DNA of 60,319 nt, counting the filler. It is 4 parts of 4 records of this genome, joined end to end, with 100 filler letters (N's around TTAATTAATTAA, not from the genome) between each part and the next. Parts side by side here need not be neighbours in the genome. Positions count along the whole stretch, not along the records: positions 40,513 to 50,202 come from DRR378314_2647; 3 more parts are not named here. One strand, written 5' to 3'. The stretch's first letter is position 1; every line of letters begins with the position of its first letter. The position numbers and the translations under genes were made by a program. Under the pieces are notes generated by a model. It searched no databases and was not told the DNA's origin. It saw only the letters and a program-made list of their open reading frames with translations. Shown in pieces: positions 42,754 through 50,302 of this stretch.

Positions 42754-43427
42754 ATGAAATTCGGATATGCAAGAGTGAGCACAAAATCACAAAAACACAA
42801 TTTACAGGTGGATGCCTTTTTGAAAGAAGGAATCAAACACAAGAACATCTATGCGGATATTTCATCTGGAGCAAAAGCTGAACGAAAAGGACTCGATGAG
42901 CTTTTGTCCATTTTGAGAGAGGGTGATACACTTGTGGTCTGGAAACTGGACCGAATAGCCAGAAGTCTTTCACACTTGACAAAACTTATTTAGGATTTTG
43001 AGAAAAAGGGAATCCACTTTAAAAGCATTCAGGAGAATTTCATTGATACAACATCCCTACATGGAATGTTTATCTTCAATCTTTTTGCATCATTTGCCCA
43101 ATTGGAACGGGACATCATTATTCAACGAACAAGGGCTGGGCTAGAAAGTTCAAGAAGGCGTGGTTTGAAAATTGGAAGAAAGCCTGGTCTTAGCAATAAG
43201 GCATTGCACAAAGCCATGCTGGCGGAAAGATATTACAGGGACAATAAACTGAGCATTGAAGAAATCATGAAACTCATTGATGTTGGTTCTAAAAAGACCC
43301 TTTATAAAATTTGGCATATCAAGGCAGAAGAAAGTGTATGGAATGCGGAAATCTATTTTGGGATAAGAAACAATCTTTCGACAAAGCTTATTGCAAAAAG
43401 CACAAAAGGAATATCAAAACCAGTTGA
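42754..43427 (+). pseudogene. Serine recombinase (resolvase/invertase family) disrupted by a nonsense codon and a 1-bp frameshift
   Basis: MKFGYARVST (catalytic Ser), LREGDTLVVWKLDRIARS. TAG at 42991-42993 is followed in the same frame by ...FAQLERDIIIQRTRAGL...GRKP and an HTH. After a shift near 43309 the reading continues LAYQGRRKCMEC...YCKKH to TGA 43425-43427. Confidence 0.88.
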
Positions 43428-43515
43428 CCGTTTAACTCTCCTTTCACCGAAAACCCAATTTTTTACAATTGGAAATTCCCTACATTTATTCGATCTTTAA
43501 GGAAACTAACGTGTA

Positions 43516-44256
43516 ATGCTCAAGTTCTTTCGAAAAATCCGTCAAAACTTGCTTTCAGAAGGCAAAACTGGAAAGTATTTGAAATATGCCATTGGTGAAA
43601 TCATTCTCGTTGTTATTGGGATTTTAATTGCCTTACAGATTAATAATTGGAATGAAAATAGAAAATTACAAAATATTGAACATAACTATTTAAAATTGTT
43701 ATTGGAAGATTTAGATGAAGAATCTATTAATCTAAATAATGCAATTTCTAATTCAGAGGAACTGATTACAAGATATGAGGAGTATGAAGAAAAGGCTAAC
43801 AACTCAAATATGGGTTTACTAGAAATTACTAGTAGTTTATCAAAGGTGGATCCTGCGGTAGTAACACCTATTTTCAAAATTGATGTTATGGAAACTTTAA
43901 TATCCACTGGTGATATAAAACTAATTCCAACTGAAATAAGAAAGAAAATCATTGAATTAAATAACGCTCAAGAATATATAAGACAGATCACTAAAAGAAA
44001 CGGTACTATTCATGCTGAGCAAATATACGAATTGGGAAAAATAGGATGGAGTAAAGCAGTCGGAAGATTAATTAAAAACCCTGCAACCAATATAGCTTTC
44101 ACCGATGAGAGGATTATTCAAATAATCTTCGCTGTGGAATCGGTATATTACATGAAATACGAAAATGAAAAATTTTATATTGCAAAATATGAAGGAATGC
44201 TTAGCGACATAATTGGTTTAAAAAAGGAAATAAGGTTGGAGTTAAATCAAAAATGA
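43516..44256 (+). CDS. DUF6090-like N-terminally anchored membrane protein
   Basis: Begins MLKFFRKIRQNLLSEGKTGKYLKYAIGEIILVVIGILIALQINNWNE, a conserved Flavobacteriaceae N-terminus. Confidence 0.75.
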   Translation: MLKFFRKIRQNLLSEGKTGKYLKYAIGEIILVVIGILIALQINNWNENRKLQNIEHNYLKLLLEDLDEESINLNNAISNSEELITRYEEYEEKANNSNMGLLEITSSLSKVDPAVVTPIFKIDVMETLISTGDIKLIPTEIRKKIIELNNAQEYIRQITKRNGTIHAEQIYELGKIGWSKAVGRLIKNPATNIAFTDERIIQIIFAVESVYYMKYENEKFYIAKYEGMLSDIIGLKKEIRLELNQK

Positions 44257-44314
44257 TTGCAGATACCCTCAATAAACTTTAATTGTAATTTCAGAGATAA
44301 CAAAAGTAAAACCC

Positions 44315-44427
44315 GGTGTATGGTTGATGGCGAAGTTTGAACTTAATAGAAAAGTCTAGGATTATTCGCTCAATTATCCATCGGATAAAAAAGATTGTGT
44401 GTCTTTCCTCTCTACTAACCATACACC
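44315..44427. repeat. Inverted-repeat element, attC-like fold-back
   Basis: Perfect 11-bp IR: GGTGTATGGTT (44315-44325) and AACCATACACC (44417-44427). Confidence 0.55.
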
Positions 44428-44459
44428 AATCCGTGGGCAAAGTTCAAATAAACGATAAT

Positions 44460-44924
44460 ATGAAGTTCAAGAAATCTTTACAAATGACCGTTTGTCTTAT
44501 CGCTATTTCTCAGTCAGTTTCGTGTAATTCTCAATCTACTAATAGTTCCAACATACAGGGAAATTGGTTTCCAGAATATCTGGGAGATATTAACGAAGTT
44601 TATACGGAATTTTATATTGATGATACAAGCGTTTATCATTTTTATCCTATTTCAGAGACAATTTCAGCCAACGAATATTATATCACAAATTCAAAATTAT
44701 ATTTCGGAAAGGACAATGGTGATTCTGCCAAGCTCATGGGTACTGTCTCTATCAAAAATGATACTTTAACTATTGTTAATGAAGCAGGAAATAGTTCATT
44801 CTTGAAACAAAATGAATTACCAAGTTTGGAAGATTTGATTAATGATAATACTTCCTTAGATATTTTTTTCGAGGGATATATTAATCGTGAAGCTGTTTGG
44901 AATGAAAATAAGTACAAGCCGTAA
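44460..44924 (+). CDS. Cassette 1: hypothetical exported protein/putative lipoprotein
   Basis: ATG 5 bp after repeat copy 1; signal-like N-terminus ending SVSC; IQGNW lipocalin-like start. Confidence 0.65.
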   Translation: MKFKKSLQMTVCLIAISQSVSCNSQSTNSSNIQGNWFPEYLGDINEVYTEFYIDDTSVYHFYPISETISANEYYITNSKLYFGKDNGDSAKLMGTVSIKNDTLTIVNEAGNSSFLKQNELPSLEDLINDNTSLDIFFEGYINREAVWNENKYKP

Positions 44925-44959
44925 TTTAAATAAAGTTCAAATAAACGATTGCAAGATTA

Positions 44960-45313
44960 ATGGATTTGCTATTAGAAAACCTCAATGAATCTGAAGGTTC
45001 ATTTTATGAAAAACTACATCAGGAAGGTTATTTTGACAATTCCTTGTTTGCAGAATTGATAATCTACATTGATGGATTAAATTCTAGACAATTATCCGAG
45101 ATCCAGCGATTACGGTATTGTTCTCAAATTTGGGAATTGGCTTACCGTATGCAATCGAGTATTGGGTATAATCATAATCAAAATGACGTATTTCAAATTT
45201 CAAATATAGAAGATGAAAAGTTGATTGAAATCGGACAAGTTCTAGAGTATATAAGCAAATCATTCACCGAAAATAGAATGTTGGATATGGATTTCATTAA
45301 TGAAATAATCTAA
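44960..45313 (+). CDS. Cassette 2: small acidic hypothetical protein (possibly immunity-protein-like)
   Basis: 117-aa ORF filling the interval between repeat copies 2 and 3. Confidence 0.6.
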   Translation: MDLLLENLNESEGSFYEKLHQEGYFDNSLFAELIIYIDGLNSRQLSEIQRLRYCSQIWELAYRMQSSIGYNHNQNDVFQISNIEDEKLIEIGQVLEYISKSFTENRMLDMDFINEII

Positions 45314-45365
45314 CTTATAATCCATTTAAAGTTCAAATAAACGTTGGAAGTAAATTAATTACTGA

Positions 45366-46154
45366 ATGAACAAAATACTATTACTAATGCTGATTTCTTT
45401 GCCAATTTATGGTATTGGACAAATTGCGAACAGACTGCAACCCGATAGTATATATTCAAATCGACAAGTAAAGAAAATATTTGTCTATCTAAATTCACCA
45501 AGAGACTTGTCTGAAATAATTGAGTTTGATCGAAGTGGTAAAAAAATAAGCACAATAAAATACAGTGCATCTTATAATAGAAGAACTCGAAAAGTAAAAT
45601 GGGTTGAAAAAATCAACCAATTTAAATATGACAAGGAAAACAAACTCGTTAAAGTAATAGATTCAATAGGTAAAGACACTACAACCTTCCAGTATGGAAA
45701 AAATGGAAAGCTAAAGTCATCAATTGAAAAAGTTGGGAATTTTGTATACCATGTAAACTATCGTCACAACCCTTTCGGTAAAACGACATTCAGAAAAAAT
45801 GACTCTGTTATCCTTTATCAAAAAACCACAGAATACGATAGGGACTTTTATGTCAAACGATTTTACGGATTTGAACTTGAACCTAAACTAAAAAAGATTA
45901 CCGACACTATTGACGGAATTCCTAATACGCTTGTTTATAAGGACTATAATGATTTGGAAAAGTTTAAAGATGATGAAACTATTACGAATCATTTCAATGC
46001 AAAAGGCATTCTAATAAAATCTGAAATTCATTCGATATTCCTAAATAACAGAGTTAATGATTGGGAGTTGAATTATAAATATTTCAAAAACGGACTTTTA
46101 AAGAGTATTCGTGGATATGTGCCAAGGTACTTTAAATATGAATTCTGGGATTAA
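45366..46154 (+). CDS. Cassette 3: secreted hypothetical protein with YD-like repeats
   Basis: Signal peptide; repeated FKYDKENKL / FQYGKNGKLKS / YKYFKNGLLKS. Confidence 0.65.
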   Translation: MNKILLLMLISLPIYGIGQIANRLQPDSIYSNRQVKKIFVYLNSPRDLSEIIEFDRSGKKISTIKYSASYNRRTRKVKWVEKINQFKYDKENKLVKVIDSIGKDTTTFQYGKNGKLKSSIEKVGNFVYHVNYRHNPFGKTTFRKNDSVILYQKTTEYDRDFYVKRFYGFELEPKLKKITDTIDGIPNTLVYKDYNDLEKFKDDETITNHFNAKGILIKSEIHSIFLNNRVNDWELNYKYFKNGLLKSIRGYVPRYFKYEFWD

Positions 46155-46187
46155 TAAAGTTCAAATAAACGATGACAGATTAAACCA

Positions 46188-47237
46188 ATGACCAATAAAT
46201 TGAGAAAAATTGAAATCAACATATTACCATTAATCCTTTCGATATTATTGGTATTAATCTCCGTTGGAGTTATGATGTCATCTCAGTTTGTTTTCACATC
46301 TAAACAATACATTGGAGTAGTTTGTCTGGCAATTTCTACAATCCTTTATTTCCTAAATAAAAAGTTCTATGTCGTTTTCTTCGCATTGACGTTAACAATG
46401 GGACTATTGGGCTTGTTGGACTTTTATGTAACTACATATAAGGTTGGATTTGCTGGTGCTGGAATCAATCCAATTTTCTTGGGATTGATAATATTATTAT
46501 TGGTGGTGAGCAAAGAACAGATGGGTGGCCTTAGTTACAAAGATGCTCATAATGGTGAACGTAAATTGAATGGAGCCTTGATAGAGTCCTTAATTAAAGA
46601 TTTCAATGCCAAATCAGACTTAGAGTTAAATGAGATTTTGAATAATGATTCAAAATACACTGATGAAGCAAAATCTGCAGCAATTAGTATTTTGGAAAAT
46701 AGAGGAGAAAAGAAAGACACCAAGAAATTTAGATGCTCTGTATGTGGGGAAATCCATGATGAATTACCAGCTCTTGGATTTAAAACTCCGTTCCATTATG
46801 ATATTCTAAATGAGGATAACAAGAGGGAGATTGCCGAAATATCAAGTGATTTTTGCGAAGTTCATCAACCAGAACAAACCGATAGGTTCATTAGAACAGT
46901 TTTGACAATACAGGTGAATGATGCATGTGAAAATCTAGACTATGGAGTTTGGGTTTCATTAAGTGAGGAGAGTTTCAAAGAATATGAAAGAAACTTCAAA
47001 AAGGATTCTGAGGAGAAAGTATATTTCGGAATGATCTGTAATGAAATATCAGATTACGAAGAAAGTACCATTGGTCTTCATGTAAATGTAAAAACTCGAA
47101 ACGGGGGTATTAGGCCTGAGATTATTCCTCATCAAAATGATCATAATTTAATTTCTGATTGGGAAAATGGTATTACCATCAAGGAAGCTGAAAAAAGAGT
47201 AAAATTAACTTTAGAGGCTCCTGGCAATAATTCTTAG
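46188..47237 (+). CDS. Cassette 4: membrane protein fused to a DUF2199-like domain
   Basis: About four N-terminal TM helices; C-terminal half FRCSVCGEIHDELPALGF...DRFIR...LDYGVWVSLSEESF. Confidence 0.7.
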   Translation: MTNKLRKIEINILPLILSILLVLISVGVMMSSQFVFTSKQYIGVVCLAISTILYFLNKKFYVVFFALTLTMGLLGLLDFYVTTYKVGFAGAGINPIFLGLIILLLVVSKEQMGGLSYKDAHNGERKLNGALIESLIKDFNAKSDLELNEILNNDSKYTDEAKSAAISILENRGEKKDTKKFRCSVCGEIHDELPALGFKTPFHYDILNEDNKREIAEISSDFCEVHQPEQTDRFIRTVLTIQVNDACENLDYGVWVSLSEESFKEYERNFKKDSEEKVYFGMICNEISDYEESTIGLHVNVKTRNGGIRPEIIPHQNDHNLISDWENGITIKEAEKRVKLTLEAPGNNS

Positions 47238-47302
47238 AGTGATAGAAACAAGATTAATAAAAGTTCAAATAAACTATTCGAAAACAAGTTGTTGCACATT
47301 TG

Positions 47303-47653
47303 ATGGAGATTTTAAACACAAATAATTTGAGGGTTGAACAATTGGATAAAAACAAATATCTGACTTGGACTTCCGTAATGTATTTTTCATTTGTTCCAAA
47401 GGTCATCTTTGAATTGAATGATGATGGAAAAGTAGCAAATATAAAAATTGTTGGATTTACTAAATCCTTGATGCTAAACTTACTATTTGTAATCGCAGTC
47501 TTCTTGATTTATTTTTTTGTAGAAAATATGGAATTCTCAAGAATTATGGATTTTATCCCTCTCCTTATTGGGATAATAATTCTTCTAATTGTTATAAACT
47601 TTATTATTATCGGAACAACTAAAAGAAAAGTAAAAGAACAGATTGAATATTAA
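47303..47653 (+). CDS. Cassette 5: small membrane protein (possibly 5'-truncated)
   Basis: Two C-terminal TM helices; lies between repeat copies 5 and 6. Confidence 0.55.
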   Translation: MEILNTNNLRVEQLDKNKYLTWTSVMYFSFVPKVIFELNDDGKVANIKIVGFTKSLMLNLLFVIAVFLIYFFVENMEFSRIMDFIPLLIGIIILLIVINFIIIGTTKRKVKEQIEY

Positions 47654-47717
47654 AATAATCTGCCAACAAACACTGAGTTAAATCAAAGTTCAAACAAACG
47701 ATTCAGATAAAACTTAA

Positions 47718-48200
47718 ATGAACGAAAACGAAGATTACTTTAGGATTTCCAAAAATGGAAATGTTCATACCCTGAGCGATCGAATCCCATTCAGATGGAA
47801 AGAACTGATGATTTGGACTTCGACTTCGTTCCTTTTTTTGATTTTTCTCTTAGGGGTTTGGGCTGGAATTTTGGTAGCCATTCTGACATTAATCGGTTAT
47901 ATGTTTTATCGATTTGCAGCCAGTATTTATTACTCAGTTTTGGAAATAGATGAGCAAAGTGGAAGAATGACCAGAACAATGAAATTTCTTGACAGGGTTG
48001 ATAAAGAGGAATTGATAACAGACAAGTTTGACCCGAATCGATTTGAATTTTCTGAATTATCAAGAAGTGGAAAATCAAAGTTCTTAATGAATTATAGAAC
48101 ACATAAAAACAATGAGTTGTTGGTGTTGAAAAACAAAAAAGATAAAGAATTCATACAAAAATATATTTCTGACAATTTTGCTATTGGAAGAAATGTTTAA
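47718..48200 (+). CDS. Cassette 6: hypothetical membrane protein
   Basis: 160 aa with a hydrophobic hairpin; lies between repeat copies 6 and 7. Confidence 0.65.
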   Translation: MNENEDYFRISKNGNVHTLSDRIPFRWKELMIWTSTSFLFLIFLLGVWAGILVAILTLIGYMFYRFAASIYYSVLEIDEQSGRMTRTMKFLDRVDKEELITDKFDPNRFEFSELSRSGKSKFLMNYRTHKNNELLVLKNKKDKEFIQKYISDNFAIGRNV

Positions 48201-48243
48201 ACCAAAGTTTAAATAAACGATAAATACAGATATGTAATAAGTT

Positions 48244-48711
48244 TTGAGAAGACCCAAGAAAATATCGGTAACTAAGCTTTTGATTGTAATAAGTGTCTTT
48301 TCATTTATGTTGTCCTCATGTTCTAGGAATACAGCAAATCTATTTGTTGGTGTCTGGACAATTGAAGATATAGCCTATAAAGGAAAAGATATTGGTGAGA
48401 AAATCTCTTTAAATGCCCTTGTTTTTAAAGAGAACAATGAAGTTATGGTGCCAGGAATTGTTGGTGAGTTATTAAATAAAAAAGACAGACAAGGTAAATG
48501 GAATATTGATGAAGACGGGTTTTTAATCATAACTTCCAACAATCAATATATAAATGGAAGAGCTAAATATTGTTTTGAAAATAGTGAGGATGAAGAACTT
48601 CTTAAAGTTGTAATAGAAACAGAAGAACTGTATATGGAGGCATTTAAACTTTTTAGTAAAAATGACACTTATGGTCGGTTGCCTTGTATCAATAATGCCC
48701 TACCAAAATAG
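48244..48711 (+). CDS. Cassette 7: putative lipoprotein, lipocalin-like
   Basis: Lipobox LSSC followed by LFVGVW and GKWNID motifs; TTG start. Confidence 0.6.
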   Translation: MRRPKKISVTKLLIVISVFSFMLSSCSRNTANLFVGVWTIEDIAYKGKDIGEKISLNALVFKENNEVMVPGIVGELLNKKDRQGKWNIDEDGFLIITSNNQYINGRAKYCFENSEDEELLKVVIETEELYMEAFKLFSKNDTYGRLPCINNALPK

Positions 48712-48790
48712 AATAAGGAAAAAGAAAAGTTCAAATAAACGATCAGATTATATACAAAGAACCTAATACCAGATAAAAAAACACAATAAC

Positions 48791-49342
48791 ATGAAAAAAA
48801 TAGTTGTCTCAGTTCTTTTACTCTCATTCTCCTTCATCACAATGACTGCACAGAGCAATGAAGCTACATTAATATTCAAGGATGGAAGCAAAATATCTGG
48901 ACTTGGCAAATTGACAAATGCTAAAACAATCAAGTTCAGAAAAACAAAAAAGGATAAAAGGCAAGTATTTACGTTCAAGGAAGTAGATACTTTGAAGGTG
49001 AACCATAAGTATGGAACAACAACATATGCTGAATCGGAGATTGAGAATCGAGATGAGCCTGAGGTATTGGAAGTTATCATGGTTTCCAATTCAATTGCCT
49101 ATTACCAAAAATTTAAAATGGGAGCTCCAGGAAGGAGTTCAATTAATTATTACTTAAGAAGAAAAACAGAAAACCGAGCTGTTAATTTTGGTTCAAACCA
49201 GTTGGTCACAAGAAATTTCAAAAAAGTGGCAAAAACATTTTTCAGTGACTGTAAAGAATTGGTACAGGCAATTGAGGATGAAAAATATGGTAGATTTCAA
49301 TTGACCGAAATCATTGAGTTTTATGAGGAGGAATGCAAATAG
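48791..49342 (+). CDS. Cassette 8: secreted hypothetical protein
   Basis: Sec signal MKKIVVSVLLLSFSFITMTAQ; C-terminal FFSDC...IIEFYEEEC. Confidence 0.65.
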   Translation: MKKIVVSVLLLSFSFITMTAQSNEATLIFKDGSKISGLGKLTNAKTIKFRKTKKDKRQVFTFKEVDTLKVNHKYGTTTYAESEIENRDEPEVLEVIMVSNSIAYYQKFKMGAPGRSSINYYLRRKTENRAVNFGSNQLVTRNFKKVAKTFFSDCKELVQAIEDEKYGRFQLTEIIEFYEEECK

Positions 49343-49442
49343 TTAAATTTTAGCCTGTAGAAGTTCAAATAAACGTACACCAAAATGCTTTTATCTGCTA
49401 TCTAGCACGATTTTTGTAACTTTATATTAAAGAGGTATTCCA

Positions 49443-49685
49443 ATGAACATGTCAGAATCAAAATCCACTAAAAAAGAACTGGTAGGTTGGATAGAATCCC
49501 TAAAGGATGATACCATCCTAGGGCTTTTGAATTCAGTGAAACTTTCGAGTGAGGGAAAGTCAGGTGACTGGTGGGACGAACTCACAGAAAGTGACAGGGT
49601 AAATATTCTTTCAGGGATACGAGACTTTGAGCAGGGTCTGACAATGAGCTCAAAAGATTTTTGGAACGGCCTGGCCAATGGATGA
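49443..49685 (+). CDS. Cassette 9a: putative antitoxin (addiction-module component)
   Basis: 80-aa acidic protein with DWWDELTES motif, overlapping the downstream RelE/ParE toxin gene. Confidence 0.7.
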   Translation: MNMSESKSTKKELVGWIESLKDDTILGLLNSVKLSSEGKSGDWWDELTESDRVNILSGIRDFEQGLTMSSKDFWNGLANG

Positions 49686-49974
49686 TTTGTATGAAGTACA
49701 GTGGACCGAAAGGTCCCTATCCAACGCATTGGAAATAAAAGCATATCTAAAAAGAAGATTCAGCAAAAAGGAAATTGTAAGATTTGAGGAACTTTTAAAG
49801 CAATTTGAGAATACTGTATCCAATTTTCCAACGCTTTATACGGAATCACGTAAACAGAAATCATTAAGACGTGCTGTAGTCCATAAAAACACTACTATCT
49901 ATTATATTTTCAAGGAAGATAAGGTTACTGTCATTGCTATGAAAGATAATAGACAGCTCAAACCGAGTGGTTGA
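49678..49974 (+). CDS. Cassette 9b: RelE/ParE-family type II toxin
   Basis: YEVQWTERSLSNALEIKAYL...FPTLY...LRRAVV...TIYYIF...VIAMKDNRQ, a basic protein of about 98 aa. Confidence 0.8.
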   Translation: MDDLYEVQWTERSLSNALEIKAYLKRRFSKKEIVRFEELLKQFENTVSNFPTLYTESRKQKSLRRAVVHKNTTIYYIFKEDKVTVIAMKDNRQLKPSG

Positions 49975-50170
49975 TGTTCAAATAAACCATGAACTTGAAA
50001 CTGAGTTTAGACATTTGCTAAACGAACAATAAAATAAAAGTCAAGATAGGCGACAGGGTATAAAGCAAATTATTCAAACAAATGTTAAACTTTGTTAAAA
50101 GGTGAGCAGGACGGTGAGCACAAAAAACCGTCCCTTCGTAGGCCTTATATAGAGTGTGTTTTGAGTAAAA

Positions 50171-50192
50171 GTTCGAGTCCCGTCCAGACCGC
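50171..50192 (+). repeat. att direct repeat (duplicated tRNA 3' end)
   Basis: Identical to 40528-40549. Confidence 0.93.
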
Positions 50193-50202
50193 AAAAAGCT
50201 TC

Positions 50203-50302
50203 NNNNNNNNNNNNNNNNNNNNNNNNNNNNNNNNNNNNNNNNNNNNTTAATTAATTAANNNNNNNNNNNNNNNNNNNNNNNNNNNNNNNNNNNNNNNNNN
50301 NN
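50203..50302. other. Artificial contig linker
   Basis: N-run, TTAATTAATTAA, N-run. Confidence 0.99.

Larger units (their letters stand above)
44439..49988 (+). repeat. Ten direct copies of a 16-bp intergenic motif AAAGTTCAAATAAACG delimiting single-gene units
   Basis: Copies start at 44439, 44932, 45328, 46156 and 48726 (exact); 47260, 47685, 48204 and 49360 (1 mismatch each); and 49973 (GATGTTCAAATAAACC). All are at gene boundaries. Confidence 0.93.
40528..50192 (+). mobile_element. tRNA-integrated genomic island with tyrosine integrase, serine resolvase pseudogene and gene-cassette array
   Basis: Exact 22-bp direct repeat GTTCGAGTCCCGTCCAGACCGC at 40528-40549 and 50171-50192, integrase next to the tRNA, and AT-rich cargo. 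Confidence 0.9.

Noticed and set aside
43066-43500. Separate 144-aa gene from the ORF track
   Set aside because: It is the in-frame continuation of the resolvase after the TAG, and its tail is probably out of frame.
44337-44459. N-terminal extension of cassette 1 from a TTG start
   Set aside because: It runs through the inverted-repeat element and repeat copy 1. ATG 44460 gives a signal peptide and fits the array pattern.
44439-49988. CRISPR array interpretation of the 16-bp repeats
   Set aside because: The repeats are too short, the spacers are 380-1090 bp and contain whole ORFs, and there are no cas genes.
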